A stretch of 64,000 bases of DNA from Escherichia coli (GTDB taxonomy: Bacteria > Pseudomonadota > Gammaproteobacteria > Enterobacterales > Enterobacteriaceae). Positions 34,858 to 47,771 of this stretch are shown piece after piece. The notes beneath the pieces are model-generated. The model did no database searches, had not been told where the DNA came from, and saw only the letters and a list, made by a program, of their open reading frames with translations. Location of the stretch: the NCBI RefSeq assembly GCF_017348835.2, contig NZ_CP071375.1, one strand, 5' to 3'. The position numbers were made by a program, and so were the translations under genes. Numbering within the stretch: the first letter of the stretch is position 1; every line of letters starts with the position of its first letter.

Positions 34858-36060
34858 TCAGGACGACTTCGCTGCAATCAAATCCTGCGCACAAGCCCAT
34901 GCACTCGACCACGCCCACTGGAAGTTATAGCCCCCCAGCCAGCCGGTGACGTCCATCACTTCGCCGATGAAGTACAGCCCAGGCACTTTGCGCGCTTCCA
35001 TCGTCCGTGAAGAGAGTTCGTTGGTGTCCACGCCGCCGAGCGTCACTTCGGCAGTGCGATAGCCTTCAGTGCCGTTGGGTTGTACGCGCCAGTCGGTCAA
35101 TGTGCTAATCAGTGCCTGTTGGTCACGCACGTTGAGCTGTTTTAGCGAAACATCCGGGATTTGCCCGAGTTGCTGTAAGCGTTCAACCAACCGCTTCGGT
35201 AGATGAACCGCCAGTGTGTTTTTCAGGCTCTGATTCGGATGTGCGTTACGCTGCTCATTCAGGAAGGTTTCGAGGTCCACATCCGGTAGCAGATTGATAC
35301 TGACAAATTCACCCGGTTGCCAGTAGCTGGAAATCTGCAACACCGCCGGTCCAGATAAGCCGCGGTGGGTGAAGAGTAAGTTCTCTCGGAAAACGGTGCC
35401 GTTTTCAGCGGTAATCACGGAAAGCACCGCCACGCCCGCCAGCACCTGTAACTCTTCGAGCAACGGTTTATGCAGAGTGAATGGCACCAGACCCGCGCGG
35501 GTCGGCAGCACGTTGAGACCAAATTGTTCGGCAATCTTATAACCAAACGGCGACGCGCCCAGCCCCGGCATTGACAGCCCACCGGTCGCGATGACCAGCT
35601 TTTCGCAACCGACAGTCATGCCGTTCAGTTCAAGCGTGAAGCCTGTATCATCCTTCTCCACGCTCAGCACTTCGCTACGCAATCTGAAGGTCACATTGCC
35701 CTTCTCGCACTCATCCACCAGCATGTCGACAATCTGCTGCGCGGAGTCATCGCAGAAGAGTTGTCCTAACGTTTTCTCGTGCCAGGCGATGCCGTGTTTA
35801 TTGACCAGATCAATGAAATCCCACTGGGTAAAACGCGCAAGTGCAGACTTACAAAAATGCGGATTCTGGCTCAGATAAGCGCCCGGTTCGACATAAAGGT
35901 TGGTAAAGTTGCAGCGCCCACCGCCAGACATGAGGATTTTGCGCCCTGGTTTTTTACCATTATCGATCAGCAGAACCCGGCGTCCTGCCTGACCTGCCAG
36001 CGCAGAACAGAACATACCCGCCGCACCAGCGCCTATAATAATGGCATCAAACCTTTCCAC
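34858..36060 (-). CDS. yhiN: FAD-dependent oxidoreductase YhiN (HI0933-like flavoprotein), 400 aa
   Basis: 400-aa ORF with N-terminal dinucleotide-binding motif IIGAGAAGMFCS. Confidence 0.9.
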   Translation of the reverse strand: MERFDAIIIGAGAAGMFCSALAGQAGRRVLLIDNGKKPGRKILMSGGGRCNFTNLYVEPGAYLSQNPHFCKSALARFTQWDFIDLVNKHGIAWHEKTLGQLFCDDSAQQIVDMLVDECEKGNVTFRLRSEVLSVEKDDTGFTLELNGMTVGCEKLVIATGGLSMPGLGASPFGYKIAEQFGLNVLPTRAGLVPFTLHKPLLEELQVLAGVAVLSVITAENGTVFRENLLFTHRGLSGPAVLQISSYWQPGEFVSINLLPDVDLETFLNEQRNAHPNQSLKNTLAVHLPKRLVERLQQLGQIPDVSLKQLNVRDQQALISTLTDWRVQPNGTEGYRTAEVTLGGVDTNELSSRTMEARKVPGLYFIGEVMDVTGWLGGYNFQWAWSSAWACAQDLIAAKSS

Positions 36061-36291
36061 GTTGCGCTCCTCTTAGAAAAAACGGGCGTGAATTGTAAAG
36101 ATTCCTCAGTGGTCGCACCAGCATCAATATTACTAAAAGGAAGTATTTGCCTGAATTATATAAGATAATTATTTTTTGAGTGAAATCCATACAGGAGGCA
36201 AATCAAAAAAAGTCTATATTTCACTTTGCCCGCGCCGCGAAAGTCACTGATAATGCGCCGCGTTCATGTCCTCAAAATGGCGTAACGTCCT

Positions 36292-37791
36292 ATGCTACAT
36301 TTGTTTGCTGGCCTGGATTTGCATACCGGGCTGTTATTATTGCTTGCACTGGCTTTTGTGCTGTTCTACGAAGCCATCAATGGTTTCCATGACACAGCCA
36401 ACGCCGTGGCAACCGTTATCTATACCCGCGCGATGCGTTCTCAGCTCGCCGTGGTTATGGCAGCGGTGTTCAACTTTTTGGGTGTTTTGCTGGGTGGTCT
36501 GAGTGTTGCCTATGCCATTGTGCATATGCTGCCGACGGATCTGCTGCTTAATATGGGATCGTCTCATGGCCTTGCCATGGTGTTCTCTATGTTGCTGGCG
36601 GCGATTATCTGGAACCTGGGTACCTGGTACTTTGGTTTGCCTGCATCCAGCTCTCATACGCTGATTGGCGCGATCATCGGGATTGGTTTAACCAATGCGT
36701 TGATGACCGGGACGTCAGTGGTGGATGCACTCAATATCCCGAAAGTATTAAGTATTTTCGGTTCTCTGATCGTTTCCCCTATTGTCGGCCTGGTGTTTGC
36801 TGGCGGTCTGATTTTCTTGCTGCGTCGCTACTGGAGCGGCACCAAGAAACGCGCCCGTATCCACCTGACCCCAGCGGAGCGTGAAAAGAAAGACGGCAAG
36901 AAAAAGCCGCCGTTCTGGACGCGTATCGCGCTGATCCTTTCCGCTATCGGCGTGGCGTTTTCGCACGGCGCGAACGATGGTCAGAAAGGCATTGGTCTGG
37001 TTATGTTGGTATTGATTGGTGTCGCACCAGCAGGCTTCGTGGTGAACATGAATGCCACTGGCTACGAAATCACCCGTACCCGTGATGCCATCAACAACGT
37101 CGAAGCTTACTTTGAGCAGCATCCTGCGCTGCTGAAACAAGCTACCGGTGCTGATCAGTTAGTACCGGCTCCGGAAGCTGGCGCAACGCAACCTGCGGAG
37201 TTCCATTGCCATCCGTCGAATACCATTAACGCGCTCAACCGCCTGAAAGGCATGTTGACTACCGATGTGGAAAGCTACGACAAGCTGTCGCTTGATCAAC
37301 GTAGCCAGATGCGCCGCATTATGCTGTGCGTTTCTGACACCATCGACAAAGTGGTGAAATTGCCTGGCGTAAATGCTGACGATCAGCGTCTGTTGAAGAA
37401 ACTGAAGTCCGATATGCTAAGTACCATCGAGTATGCTCCGGTGTGGATCATCATGGCGGTCGCGTTGGCGTTAGGTATCGGTACGATGATTGGCTGGCGT
37501 CGTGTGGCAACGACTATCGGTGAGAAAATCGGTAAGAAAGGCATGACCTACGCTCAGGGGATGTCTGCCCAGATGACGGCGGCAGTGTCTATCGGCCTGG
37601 CGAGTTATACCGGGATGCCGGTTTCCACTACTCACGTACTCTCCTCTTCTGTCGCGGGGACAATGGTGGTAGATGGTGGCGGCTTACAGCGTAAAACCGT
37701 GACCAGCATTCTGATGGCCTGGGTGTTTACCCTTCCGGCTGCGGTACTGCTTTCCGGCGGGCTGTACTGGCTCTCCTTGCAGTTCCTGTAA
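36292..37791 (+). CDS. pitA: Low-affinity inorganic phosphate transporter PitA, 499 aa
   Basis: 499-aa ORF with two PiT-family repeats ([21 protein letters not shown]). Confidence 0.95.
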   Translation: MLHLFAGLDLHTGLLLLLALAFVLFYEAINGFHDTANAVATVIYTRAMRSQLAVVMAAVFNFLGVLLGGLSVAYAIVHMLPTDLLLNMGSSHGLAMVFSMLLAAIIWNLGTWYFGLPASSSHTLIGAIIGIGLTNALMTGTSVVDALNIPKVLSIFGSLIVSPIVGLVFAGGLIFLLRRYWSGTKKRARIHLTPAEREKKDGKKKPPFWTRIALILSAIGVAFSHGANDGQKGIGLVMLVLIGVAPAGFVVNMNATGYEITRTRDAINNVEAYFEQHPALLKQATGADQLVPAPEAGATQPAEFHCHPSNTINALNRLKGMLTTDVESYDKLSLDQRSQMRRIMLCVSDTIDKVVKLPGVNADDQRLLKKLKSDMLSTIEYAPVWIIMAVALALGIGTMIGWRRVATTIGEKIGKKGMTYAQGMSAQMTAAVSIGLASYTGMPVSTTHVLSSSVAGTMVVDGGGLQRKTVTSILMAWVFTLPAAVLLSGGLYWLSLQFL

Positions 37792-37860
37792 TCGTACGCA
37801 CCAAAACGAGCGGGTCAGCTGGCCCGCTTCAGATTGTTGACATAGTGCGCTTTGTTCATG

Positions 37861-37957
37861 CCGGATGCGGCGTGAACGCCTTATCCGGCCTACAAAAACA
37901 TGCAAATTCAATAGATTGCAGAGATTATGTAGGCCTGATAAGCGTAGCGCATCAGGC
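37861..37957. repeat. Pair of REP elements (BIME-like) downstream of pitA
   Basis: GCCGGATGCGGCGTGAACGCCTTATCCGGCCTAC and inverted GTAGGCCTGATAAGCGTAGCGCATCAGGC. Confidence 0.7.
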
Positions 37958-37982
37958 AATTTTGCGTTTGCAATCAGTCTCG

Positions 37983-38012
37983 AGCGGGTCAGTTTACTGG
38001 CCCGCTTTTTTA
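37983..38012 (+). terminator. Rho-independent terminator (hairpin plus T-run) between pitA and uspB
   Basis: AGCGGGTCAG-tttac-TGGCCCGCT followed by TTTTTT. Confidence 0.55.
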
Positions 38013-38034
38013 TGCGTTATTATTGCTGAAGTGC

Positions 38035-38370
38035 TTAATGCCAAATCATCAATGCAATCAGGCTGACCACCACCAGACCACACAATGCGCTGGTCAGAAT
38101 AAACTGCCGACGCACCCGCTCACAGCGGCGAATAAATTCATCATCGTGATGATCGCGATAACGTTGGGCATAGATATACCAAACGAGACGCACCTGTTTG
38201 TTGGGTTGGCCATGTGAGGTAAAAAAGCCCCCTCCATCAACATATTGATAGAGCAATGGATCGCAGTTACGCAGTACCACTAACAACGCGCGTAGTGATG
38301 AGAAATAGCGCGCCATGTTAACAATGCAAACGACACATAAAGCCCAAAATAATGCGACGGTGCTTATCAT
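38035..38370 (-). CDS. uspB: Universal stress protein B, UspB, 111 aa
   Basis: 111-aa two-[28 protein letters not shown]. Confidence 0.9.
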
Positions 38371-38760
38371 ACCTCCTCCCCGGCGACCTGCCCGCGGAGT
38401 TCCACCCCGGGGCTACCGCTCCCGATACGCTGCCAATCAGTTAACACCAGGTCCTGGAGAAACCGCTTTTGTGGTGACCAACATCCGAGCGGCTCTATAG
38501 ATAGTGTAGGAGATCAGGTTGTTTTTTTTCCAGAAGGTTAACCACTATCAATATATTCATGTCGAAAATTTGTTTATCTAACGGGTAAGCAAGGCGGATT
38601 GACGGATCATCCGGGTCGCTATAAGGTAAGGATGGTCTTAACACTGAATCTTTACGGCTGGGTTAGCCCCGCGCACGTAGTTCGCAGGACGCGGGTGACG
38701 TAACGGCACAAGAAACGCTAGCTGGCCAGTCATCGACAACTTTATGGAAGGAGTAACACT

Positions 38761-39195
38761 ATGGCTTATAAACACATTCTCATCGCGGTCGATCTCTCCC
38801 CGGAAAGCAAAGTTCTGGTAGAGAAAGCAGTCTCTATGGCTCGCCCCTACAATGCGAAAGTTTCTCTGATCCACGTAGATGTAAACTACTCTGACCTATA
38901 CACCGGGCTTATTGATGTGAATCTGGGTGATATGCAGAAACGCATCTCTGAAGAGACACATCATGCGCTGACCGAGCTTTCCACTAATGCAGGCTACCCA
39001 ATCACTGAAACCCTGAGCGGCAGCGGCGACCTGGGCCAGGTTCTGGTCGATGCAATCAAGAAATACGATATGGATCTGGTGGTTTGTGGTCACCACCAGG
39101 ACTTCTGGAGCAAACTGATGTCTTCCGCACGTCAGCTGATCAACACCGTTCACGTTGATATGCTGATTGTTCCGCTGCGCGACGAAGAAGAATAA
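38761..39195 (+). CDS. uspA: Universal stress protein A, UspA, 144 aa
   Basis: 144-aa [27 protein letters not shown]. Confidence 0.95.
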
Positions 39196-39220
39196 TCTTC
39201 CCTCCACGACGTGTTCCTGA

Positions 39221-39250
39221 ACGCCCGCATATGCGGGCGTTTTGCTTTTT
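39221..39250 (+). terminator. uspA rho-independent terminator
   Basis: ACGCCCGCAT/ATGCGGGCGT perfect hairpin followed by TTTGCTTTTT. Confidence 0.7.
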
Positions 39251-39512
39251 GGCGCGCCTTGTTACCTGATGCAGCATAAACACCTTATCTGGCCTACGAT
39301 CTGCGCACGCAATCAAAATCCCCTGCCAATACAACATTTAACACCATTATATTTTCCATCATTAGTGTGATCGGCTGGTTATTTTCTGTTGTAATAGTGT
39401 ATTAATCTATTCGCCGCATCAATATTAAGAATCTCTGACAGATGTAAACTTTTTCGCGCGTTATCCCTTACGCGTTCATACTTTTCAGGATGGTATTGGA
39501 AGGTTAATAAAT

Positions 39513-40982
39513 ATGAATACAACAACACCCATGGGGATGCTGCAGCAACCTCGCCCATTTTTCATGATCTTTTTTGTCGAGTTATGGGAGCGATTCGGCT
39601 ACTACGGCGTGCAGGGCGTACTGGCGGTTTTCTTCGTTAAACAGCTTGGATTCTCGCAAGAGCAGGCTTTTGTCACTTTTGGTGCTTTTGCTGCGCTGGT
39701 CTATGGCCTCATTTCCATTGGCGGCTATGTCGGCGACCACCTGCTGGGGACCAAACGCACCATCGTTCTTGGAGCACTTGTGCTGGCGATTGGCTACTTC
39801 ATGACCGGCATGTCGCTACTTAAGCCTGACCTGATTTTCATCGCCCTGGGGACTATCGCTGTCGGTAACGGCCTGTTTAAAGCTAACCCAGCCAGCTTGC
39901 TTTCGAAGTGCTATCCGCCGAAAGATCCGCGCCTTGATGGCGCATTCACCCTGTTCTATATGTCGATCAACATCGGCTCGTTGATAGCGTTATCGCTGGC
40001 CCCTGTGATCGCTGATAGATTCGGTTATTCAGTCACCTACAACCTGTGCGGGGCGGGGTTAATTATCGCATTACTGGTTTACATCGCCTGTCGTGGAATG
40101 GTGAAAAACATTGGTTCTGAGCCCGACTTCCGGCCAATGAGCTTCAGCAAACTGTTGTACGTATTACTTGGCAGCGTGGTGATGATCTTCGTCTGCGCCT
40201 GGCTGATGCACAACGTAGAAGTCGCCAATCTGGTGCTGATTGTTCTCTCCATCGTCGTCACCATCATCTTCTTTCGTCAGGCATTCAAGCTGGATAAAAC
40301 CGGGCGCAATAAAATGTTTGTCGCCTTTGTCCTGATGCTCGAAGCGGTGGTGTTTTACATTCTCTACGCCCAGATGCCAACGTCGCTGAACTTCTTTGCC
40401 ATCAACAACGTGCATCATGAAATTCTCGGCTTTTCCATCAACCCGGTCAGCTTCCAGGCGCTTAACCCGTTCTGGGTGGTACTCGCCAGCCCAATACTGG
40501 CAGGCATTTACACGCATCTGGGTAACAAAGGCAAAGACCTCTCGATGCCGATGAAATTTACTCTCGGCATGTTTATGTGCTCACTGGGCTTTTTGACGGC
40601 GGCAGCTGCGGGAATGTGGTTTGCGGATGCACAAGGGCTGACATCGCCATGGTTTATCGTGCTGGTGTACTTATTCCAGAGCTTAGGTGAACTGTTTATT
40701 AGCGCCCTTGGCCTGGCGATGATTGCTGCCCTGGTGCCGCAGCATTTGATGGGCTTTATTCTCGGGATGTGGTTCCTGACGCAGGCTGCCGCGTTCTTGC
40801 TGGGCGGCTATGTGGCAACATTTACCGCGGTGCCGGACAACATTACCGATCCGCTTGAGACGTTGCCCGTCTATACCAACGTGTTTGGTAAGATTGGTCT
40901 GGTCACGCTGGGCGTTGCAGTAGTGATGCTGTTGATGGTGCCGTGGCTGAAACGCATGATTGCGACGCCGGAAAGCCATTAA
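39513..40982 (+). CDS. dtpB: Dipeptide/tripeptide:H+ symporter DtpB (YhiP), 489 aa
   Basis: 489-aa POT-family ORF with the ExxERFxYYG motif. Confidence 0.95.
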   Translation: MNTTTPMGMLQQPRPFFMIFFVELWERFGYYGVQGVLAVFFVKQLGFSQEQAFVTFGAFAALVYGLISIGGYVGDHLLGTKRTIVLGALVLAIGYFMTGMSLLKPDLIFIALGTIAVGNGLFKANPASLLSKCYPPKDPRLDGAFTLFYMSINIGSLIALSLAPVIADRFGYSVTYNLCGAGLIIALLVYIACRGMVKNIGSEPDFRPMSFSKLLYVLLGSVVMIFVCAWLMHNVEVANLVLIVLSIVVTIIFFRQAFKLDKTGRNKMFVAFVLMLEAVVFYILYAQMPTSLNFFAINNVHHEILGFSINPVSFQALNPFWVVLASPILAGIYTHLGNKGKDLSMPMKFTLGMFMCSLGFLTAAAAGMWFADAQGLTSPWFIVLVYLFQSLGELFISALGLAMIAALVPQHLMGFILGMWFLTQAAAFLLGGYVATFTAVPDNITDPLETLPVYTNVFGKIGLVTLGVAVVMLLMVPWLKRMIATPESH

Positions 40983-40996
40983 TTATTCTTGCAGAA

Positions 40997-41033
40997 AGCA
41001 GGGTAGCGTTATCGCTACCCTGCTTTACTTTTA
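40997..41033. terminator. Bidirectional hairpin terminator between convergent dtpB and rsmJ
   Basis: AGCAGGGTAGCG-ttat-CGCTACCCTGCT followed by T-rich tract. Confidence 0.55.
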
Positions 41034-41783
41034 CACTGGCGTACCTGCATAAATATCAAACCTATGCCCTTTAGTGACAACCGCGTTTGGCGTGGCGACA
41101 TTCGCTAGCGGTGGCGCGTAGTCCGGGCGCTTTACCACCACGCGTTTGGTCGCCAGCAAGCGTGCAGGCTCCAGCAACCCATCCGCGTCGAGATCCGGCC
41201 CCACCAGCGACTGAAAGACACGCATCTCTTTTTTCACCAGCGCGCTTTTCTGCTTATGCGGGAACATCGGATCGAGATAAACCACCTGCGGGCGCGGGGT
41301 AATATCGGTCAGCGCCGTCAGGCTGGAGGCGTGAATTAACTGCAAACGCTCCTGCAACCAGCCGCCGATTTCCGCATCCGCATAACCACGCGCCAGGCCG
41401 TCGTCGAGCAATGCGGCAACGACTGGATTACGCTCCAGCATCCGCACGCGGCAGCCGACTGAAGCCAGCACAAAGGCATCGCGCCCCAGCCCTGCGGTGG
41501 CATCCACCACATCCGGCAAATAATCGCCTTTAATGCCCACCGCTTTCGCCACCGCCTCACCGCGACCACCGCCGAATTTGCGTCGGTGCGCCATCGCTCC
41601 GCCAACAAAATCAACAAAGATGCCGCCAAGTTTTGGCTCATCACGCTTGCGCAATTCCAGATGTTCCGGCGTTAACACCAGCGCCATCAGGTTGTCTTCA
41701 TCGTGCTCCAGCCCCCAGCGGGCCGCCAGAACAGATAAGGCACCGTCTCCGGTGCCTGTTTCATCAATTAAGCAGATTTTCAC
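41031..41783 (-). CDS. rsmJ: 16S rRNA m2G1516 methyltransferase RsmJ (YhiQ), 250 aa, GTG start
   Basis: ORF track 41031..41888 trimmed to in-frame GTG at 41783 ([10 protein letters not shown]), 7 bp after the prlC stop. Confidence 0.8.
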   Translation of the reverse strand: MKICLIDETGTGDGALSVLAARWGLEHDEDNLMALVLTPEHLELRKRDEPKLGGIFVDFVGGAMAHRRKFGGGRGEAVAKAVGIKGDYLPDVVDATAGLGRDAFVLASVGCRVRMLERNPVVAALLDDGLARGYADAEIGGWLQERLQLIHASSLTALTDITPRPQVVYLDPMFPHKQKSALVKKEMRVFQSLVGPDLDADGLLEPARLLATKRVVVKRPDYAPPLANVATPNAVVTKGHRFDIYAGTPV

Positions 41784-41790
41784 TGAATGA

Positions 41791-43833
41791 TCAGCCCTTA
41801 ATGCCGTAATGCTCCAGCATCGCATCCAGCTGCGGTTCACGACCACGGAAGCGTTTGAACAGATCCATCGGCTCTTCTGAACCGCCACGGCTCAGAATGT
41901 TGTCGAGGAACGACTGCCCGGTTTCACGGTTGAAAATGCCCTCTTCCTCAAAGCGCGAGAAAGCATCTGCCGCCAGCACATCGGCCCACAGGTAGCTGTA
42001 GTAACCTGCGGCATAACCACCGGCGAAAATATGGCTGAAAGCGTGCGGGAAACGGCCCCAGGATGGAGACGGTACTACGGCAACCAGTTTCTTGATTTCT
42101 GCCAGAGTTTCGAGGATTTTCGCTCCCTGATCCGGGCGGAACTCGGCATGGAGGCGGAAATCGAACAGGCCGAACTCCAGCTGGCGCAGAATAAACAGCG
42201 CCGCCTGGTAGTTCTTCGCTGCCAGCATTTTATCCAGCAACTCTTTCGGCAGCGGTTCGCCGGTTTCATAGTGACCGGAGATAAACGCCAGCGCCTCCGG
42301 CTCCCAGCACCAGTTTTCCATAAACTGGCTCGGCAGTTCGACCGCATCCCACGGCACCCCGCTGATACCAGACACACCAGCGGTTTCAATGCGGGTAAGC
42401 ATATGATGCAGGCCATGACCGAACTCATGGAACAGAGTGATCACTTCGTCGTGAGTGAACAGCGCCGGTTTACCATTCACCGGGCGGTTGAAGTTACAGG
42501 TCAAATACGCGACCGGTTTTTGCAGCGAACCGTCGGCTTTACGCATCTGGCCTACGCAGTCATCCATCCACGCCCCGCCGCGCTTGTTTTCACGGGCATA
42601 CAGGTCGAGGTAGAAGCTACCGCGCAGTTCGTTGTTCTCGTCATACAGTTCGAAGAAACGTACATCCGGATGCCAGACATCAACATCTTTACGCTCTTTA
42701 GCGGTGATGCCGTAAATACGTTTCACCACTTCAAACAGGCCGTTAACCGCTTTGTTTTCCGGGAAGTACGGACGCAGCTGTTCGTCACTGATGCTGTAGA
42801 GGTGCTGTTTTTGTTTTTCGCTGTAGTACGCGATATCCCACGGCTGCAACTCATCGACGCCAAATTCGGCTTTGGCGAAGGAACGCAGTTGTGCCAGCTC
42901 TTTTTCGCCTTGCGGACGTGCGCGTTTTGCCAGATCGGTTAAGAAATCAAGCACCTGCTGCGGGTTTTCTGCCATTTTAGTGGCAAGGGATTTAAAGGCG
43001 TAGTTTTCAAAGCCCAGCAGTTGCGCCAGTTCGTGACGCAGCGCGAGGATCTCTTCCATCACCTTGCTGTTGTCCCACTTACCGGCGTTCGGACCTTGAT
43101 CGGAAGCGCGAGTGCTGTAAGCACGATACATCTCTTCGCGCAGAGCCTGGTTGTCGCAATAGGTCATTACCGGCAGGTAGCTTGGGATATCCAGCGTCAG
43201 CAAATAACCTTCCAGCTCTTTCGCTTCGGCCTGGGCTTTTGCCGCAGCCAGCGCGCTTTCTGGCATCCCCGCCAGCTCCGCTTCGTCGGTAACGAGTTTG
43301 GTCCAGCCCATTGTCGCATCGAGGACGTTGTTGCTGTACTGGTTTCCCAGCTCGGAAAGACGAGTGGCAATCTCACCGTAGCGTTGCTGTTTCTCTTTTG
43401 GCAGACCGATGCCAGAGAGTTCAAAGTCGCGCAGTGCGTTATCAACCGCTTTCTTCTGCGCCGTGTTCAGCGTGGCGTAATGATCGCCATCGCGCAGGTC
43501 GCGATACGCTTTATACAGCCCTTCATGTTGCCCTACCCAGGTGCTGTATTCCGACAGCAGCGGCAGGGTTTGCTCGTAGGCTTCACGCAGTTCCGGGCTA
43601 TTTTTCACCGAGTTCAGGTGGCTGACCGGGGAGAAGATACGCCCCAACACATCGTCCACTTCCGCCAGCGGCTGGCAGAGATTTTCCCAGGTGTACGGTG
43701 CCCCTTGCGCTACTACGCGCTCCACATTTTCCCGGCAGTCGTTCAGCGCCTGAGTCACGGCTGGAACGACATGTTCCGGGAGAATTTTAGAAAACGGAGG
43801 CAATTCAAAGGGAGTCAGTAACGGATTCGTCAT
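41791..43833 (-). CDS. prlC: Oligopeptidase A (PrlC/OpdA), M3 family, 680 aa
   Basis: ORF track 41791..43872 trimmed to [17 protein letters not shown]; zinc motif HEFGH present. Confidence 0.95.
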   Translation of the reverse strand: MTNPLLTPFELPPFSKILPEHVVPAVTQALNDCRENVERVVAQGAPYTWENLCQPLAEVDDVLGRIFSPVSHLNSVKNSPELREAYEQTLPLLSEYSTWVGQHEGLYKAYRDLRDGDHYATLNTAQKKAVDNALRDFELSGIGLPKEKQQRYGEIATRLSELGNQYSNNVLDATMGWTKLVTDEAELAGMPESALAAAKAQAEAKELEGYLLTLDIPSYLPVMTYCDNQALREEMYRAYSTRASDQGPNAGKWDNSKVMEEILALRHELAQLLGFENYAFKSLATKMAENPQQVLDFLTDLAKRARPQGEKELAQLRSFAKAEFGVDELQPWDIAYYSEKQKQHLYSISDEQLRPYFPENKAVNGLFEVVKRIYGITAKERKDVDVWHPDVRFFELYDENNELRGSFYLDLYARENKRGGAWMDDCVGQMRKADGSLQKPVAYLTCNFNRPVNGKPALFTHDEVITLFHEFGHGLHHMLTRIETAGVSGISGVPWDAVELPSQFMENWCWEPEALAFISGHYETGEPLPKELLDKMLAAKNYQAALFILRQLEFGLFDFRLHAEFRPDQGAKILETLAEIKKLVAVVPSPSWGRFPHAFSHIFAGGYAAGYYSYLWADVLAADAFSRFEEEGIFNRETGQSFLDNILSRGGSEEPMDLFKRFRGREPQLDAMLEHYGIKG

Positions 43834-44035
43834 TAGCGCAGTCCTGGTTAAAGAGGTTAAAGAAGCGCTCAACAGGCGCTTTACATAATGTTTGTAGCAT
43901 GGGGTTAAGTGTAGTGAATTTCAATGAGAAACGTTACGCTTTCGCGGCGGCGGCCTCTTTTCGGTATACTGTCCTGATAGGCTTTTGTGCGCCCCGAATA
44001 CGGGCCGATTTTTACTTACCGGAACACCTTTACCC

Positions 44036-44878
44036 ATGCTCAGTTATCGCCACAGCTTTCACGCTGGCAACCACGCCGACGTCCTTAAACATACCGTTCA
44101 GAGCCTGATCATCGAGTCGCTGAAAGAGAAAGATAAACCGTTTCTCTATCTCGACACCCACGCAGGGGCCGGGCGTTATCAGTTAGGCAGCGAACATGCC
44201 GAGCGTACCGGCGAATATCTCGAAGGTATCGCCCGTATCTGGCAGCAGGACGATTTGCCCGCAGAACTGGAGGCGTACATCAATGTGGTAAAACACTTCA
44301 ACCGTAGCGGTCAGTTGCGTTACTACCCCGGTTCGCCGTTGATTGCTCGCCAGCTACTGCGCGAACAAGACAGCCTGCAACTGACCGAACTGCACCCGAG
44401 CGATTACCCGTTGCTGCGTTCTGAATTTCAGAAAGATAGCCGTGCGCGCGTTGAAAAAGCCGACGGTTTCCAGCAGCTTAAGGCCAAACTGCCGCCGGTT
44501 TCCCGCCGTGGTTTAATCCTTATCGACCCGCCGTATGAAATGAAAACCGACTATCAAGCGGTGGTCAGCGGGATAGCAGAAGGTTACAAACGTTTCGCCA
44601 CTGGTACATACGCACTGTGGTATCCGGTGGTGCTGCGTCAGCAAATTAAGCGCATGATCCACGATCTGGAAGCGACCGGTATTCGCAAAATTCTGCAAAT
44701 TGAACTGGCGGTACTGCCAGACAGCGATCGCCGTGGCATGACCGCTTCCGGCATGATTGTGATTAACCCGCCGTGGAAGCTGGAACAGCAGATGAATAAC
44801 GTGCTGCCATGGCTGCACAGCAAACTGGTTCCGGCAGGTACCGGGCACGCCACCGTAAGCTGGATCGTGCCGGAGTAA
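44036..44878 (+). CDS. rlmJ: 23S rRNA m6A2030 methyltransferase RlmJ (YhiR), 280 aa
   Basis: ORF track 43985..44878 trimmed to MLSYRHSFHAGNHADVLKH; DPPY catalytic motif. Confidence 0.9.
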   Translation: MLSYRHSFHAGNHADVLKHTVQSLIIESLKEKDKPFLYLDTHAGAGRYQLGSEHAERTGEYLEGIARIWQQDDLPAELEAYINVVKHFNRSGQLRYYPGSPLIARQLLREQDSLQLTELHPSDYPLLRSEFQKDSRARVEKADGFQQLKAKLPPVSRRGLILIDPPYEMKTDYQAVVSGIAEGYKRFATGTYALWYPVVLRQQIKRMIHDLEATGIRKILQIELAVLPDSDRRGMTASGMIVINPPWKLEQQMNNVLPWLHSKLVPAGTGHATVSWIVPE

Positions 44879-44949
44879 TTGCAGCCATCGCTGGCACCTA
44901 TTACGTCTCGCGCTACAATCGCGGTAATCAACGATAAGGACACTCTGTC

Positions 44950-46302
44950 ATGACTAAACACTATGATTACATCGCCATCGGCGGCGGCAGCGGCGGTATC
45001 GCCTCCATCAACCGCGCGGCTATGTACGGCCAGAAATGCGCGCTGATTGAAGCCAAAGAGCTGGGCGGCACCTGCGTGAATGTTGGCTGCGTGCCGAAAA
45101 AAGTGATGTGGCACGCGGCGCAAATCCGTGAAGCGATCCATATGTACGGCCCGGATTATGGTTTTGATACCACTATCAATAAATTCAACTGGGAAACGTT
45201 GATCGCCAGCCGTACCGCCTATATCGACCGTATTCATACTTCCTATGAAAACGTGCTCGGTAAAAATAACGTTGATGTAATCAAAGGCTTTGCCCGCTTC
45301 GTTGATGCCAAAACGCTGGAGGTAAACGGCGAAACCATCACGGCCGATCATATTCTGATCGCCACAGGCGGTCGCCCGAGCCACCCGGATATTCCGGGCG
45401 TGGAATACGGTATTGATTCCGATGGTTTCTTTGCCCTTCCTGCTTTGCCAGAGCGCGTGGCGGTTGTTGGTGCGGGTTACATCGCCGTTGAACTGGCGGG
45501 CGTGATTAACGGCCTCGGCGCGAAAACGCATCTGTTTGTGCGTAAACATGCGCCGCTGCGCAGCTTCGACCCGATGATCTCTGAAACGCTGGTCGAAGTG
45601 ATGAACGCCGAAGGCCCGCAGTTGCACACCAACGCCATCCCGAAAGCGGTAGTGAAAAATGCCGATGGTAGCCTGACGCTGGAGCTGGAAGATGGTCGCG
45701 GTGAAACGGTGGATTGCCTGATTTGGGCGATTGGTCGCGAGCCTGCCAATGACAACATCAACCTCGAAGCCGCTGGCGTTAAAACCAACGAAAAAGGCTA
45801 TATCGTCGTCGATAAATATCAAAACACCAACGTTGAAGGTATTTACGCAGTGGGTGATAACACGGGTGCAGTGGAACTGACACCGGTAGCAGTTGCAGCG
45901 GGTCGCCGTCTCTCTGAACGCCTGTTTAATAACAAGCCGGATGAGCATCTGGATTACAGCAACATTCCGACCGTGGTCTTCAGCCATCCGCCGATTGGTA
46001 CTGTTGGTTTAACGGAACCGCAGGCGCGCGAGCAGTACGGCGACGATCAGGTGAAAGTGTATAAATCCTCTTTCACCGCGATGTATACCGCCGTCACCAC
46101 TCACCGCCAGCCGTGCCGCATGAAGCTGGTATGCGTTGGACCGGAAGAGAAGATTGTCGGTATTCACGGCATTGGCTTTGGTATGGACGAAATGTTGCAG
46201 GGCTTCGCGGTGGCGCTGAAGATGGGTGCAACCAAAAAAGACTTCGACAATACCGTCGCCATTCACCCAACGGCGGCAGAAGAGTTCGTGACAATGCGTT
46301 AA
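44950..46302 (+). CDS. gor: Glutathione reductase Gor, 450 aa
   Basis: 450-aa ORF with FAD motif GGGSGG and redox-active [13 protein letters not shown]. Confidence 0.95.
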   Translation: MTKHYDYIAIGGGSGGIASINRAAMYGQKCALIEAKELGGTCVNVGCVPKKVMWHAAQIREAIHMYGPDYGFDTTINKFNWETLIASRTAYIDRIHTSYENVLGKNNVDVIKGFARFVDAKTLEVNGETITADHILIATGGRPSHPDIPGVEYGIDSDGFFALPALPERVAVVGAGYIAVELAGVINGLGAKTHLFVRKHAPLRSFDPMISETLVEVMNAEGPQLHTNAIPKAVVKNADGSLTLELEDGRGETVDCLIWAIGREPANDNINLEAAGVKTNEKGYIVVDKYQNTNVEGIYAVGDNTGAVELTPVAVAAGRRLSERLFNNKPDEHLDYSNIPTVVFSHPPIGTVGLTEPQAREQYGDDQVKVYKSSFTAMYTAVTTHRQPCRMKLVCVGPEEKIVGIHGIGFGMDEMLQGFAVALKMGATKKDFDNTVAIHPTAAEEFVTMR

Positions 46303-46308
46303 ATGTTA

Positions 46309-46339
46309 AAGGGCTAAGAGTAGTGTGCTCTTAGCCCTT
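46309..46339. terminator. Hairpin between convergent gor and dinQ
   Basis: AAGGGCTAAGAG-tagtgtg-CTCTTAGCCCTT perfect 12-bp stem. Confidence 0.5.
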
Positions 46340-46355
46340 AATTACGTTTCCGCTA

Positions 46356-46439
46356 TCAGTTCAGAAGCTGAAGCAGAAAGCGGATCAGTTCCAGCAGCGC
46401 AATTAACGCCCCAAGAACGATGATTGCTTTATCAATCAC
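46356..46439 (-). CDS. dinQ: DinQ, 27-aa SOS-inducible membrane toxin peptide (type I TA-like, regulated by agrAB antisense RNAs), GTG start
   Basis: Minus strand 46439..46356 translates (V/M)IDKAIIVLGALIALLELIRFLLQLLN*; too short for the ORF track; position after gor. Confidence 0.8.
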   Translation of the reverse strand: MIDKAIIVLGALIALLELIRFLLQLLN

Positions 46440-46632
46440 CCGTTTTCTCCATGCGATGGAGTGAGAATGCATCCGCTTACTCATCCACTGCCTGTCACGG
46501 CGCATGTCTCATTGTTAGATAAGAACTCTCTCACTCCGGCCAGAGCATCAGTTAACGGCACCACCCGTACTTCTGACCAGGACTTTGAAAGCGTTTATGC
46601 GCATTACCAGAGTGAAAATGCCTCAGAGCTAA

Positions 46633-46648
46633 CTGGATAATCATACAG
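46633..46648 (-). promoter_or_regulatory. LexA box (CTG-N10-CAG) of the dinQ promoter
   Basis: aaCTGGATAATCATACAGta, about 195 bp upstream of dinQ; TATAAC -10-like hexamer immediately upstream on the minus strand. Confidence 0.6.
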
Positions 46649-46678
46649 TACATTCAGGTTATAAAACCAGCATGTCCT

Positions 46679-47771
46679 GTGTAAGTTCACAGAGATATTG
46701 CAATTGCCTCCGGATAAGTAAGGGGAGATTGCACTATGCAAATGCAGCATCTGATGGTTGGCTATCCTAAGTACTACCAAACGGCCGATTATGCGTTGAG
46801 GCTTTCAGTGATGGCTGATATAGCAACAATGAGAATGAAGGCTCTGCACTTCTGGGATAAACACGGTATTTCTGCAGCTTCTGAAGCCTTTGGCGTGTCC
46901 TGCCGCACGCTTTACTGGTGGCGTCAGTTACTGAACAAGGAAGGACCTGAGGGGCTAATCCCGCACAGTAAGGCACCTCTGGTGCGACGAAAAAAACACT
47001 GGCATCCCGATGTGCTGAAAGAGATTCGACGCCTCAGGACAGAGCTGCCGAACCTCGGTAAAGAGCAGATTTTTGTTCGCCTGAAGCCCTGGTGCGAACA
47101 GCGCTATCTGGCCTGTCCGAGTGTTTCCACCATCGGCAGAATGATCGCTGCCGCACATGATAAAATGCGGATGATACCTGTGCGTCTGGGATCGCGGGGG
47201 AAGGCACTGCTTGTCAAAAAGCGGTCTGCCAAACCCCGCAGGCCAAAGCACTACCGCCCGGTAAAGACAGGTGAGCTCATTGGGATGGACGCCATTGAGC
47301 TCAGAATGGGCGAACTGCGTCGCTATGTCATCACCATGATCGACGAATGCAGCAATTACGCGCTGGCGCTGGCTGTGCCGTCACTCAACAGTGATATCGT
47401 CAATCACTTCTTCAGCCGCGCAGCCCGGTTGTTCCCGGTCGGTATCAGCCAGATAATCACAGATAACGGAAAAGAGTTCCTGGGAAACTTCGACAAAACG
47501 CTGCAGGAAGCCGCTATCAAACACCTCTGGACCTATCCCTACACGCCAAAAATGAACGCTATCTGTGAACGTTTTAACCGGACGTTAAGAGAGCAGTTTA
47601 TTGAATTTAATGAGATTTTACTCTTTGAAGATCTGGCGCTATTTAACCAGAAGCTGGCGGAATATCTGGTGCTGTATAACAGCAAAAGACCCCACAAGGC
47701 GCTCGCACTAATGACGCCCGTGGAATATATTTTAAAAGAGAATAAAAATTGCAATATGTGGTGGACCCATA
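46679..47771 (+). mobile_element. IS481-family insertion sequence (~1.09 kb) with imperfect terminal inverted repeats and 8-bp target-site duplication CATGTCCT
   Basis: CATGTCCT at 46671-46678 and 47772-47779; termini GTGTAAGTTCACAGAGATATTGCAATT and AATTGCAATATGTGGTGGACCCATA are inverted; single rve/DDE transposase fills the element; boundaries uncertain by ~10 bp. Confidence 0.7.
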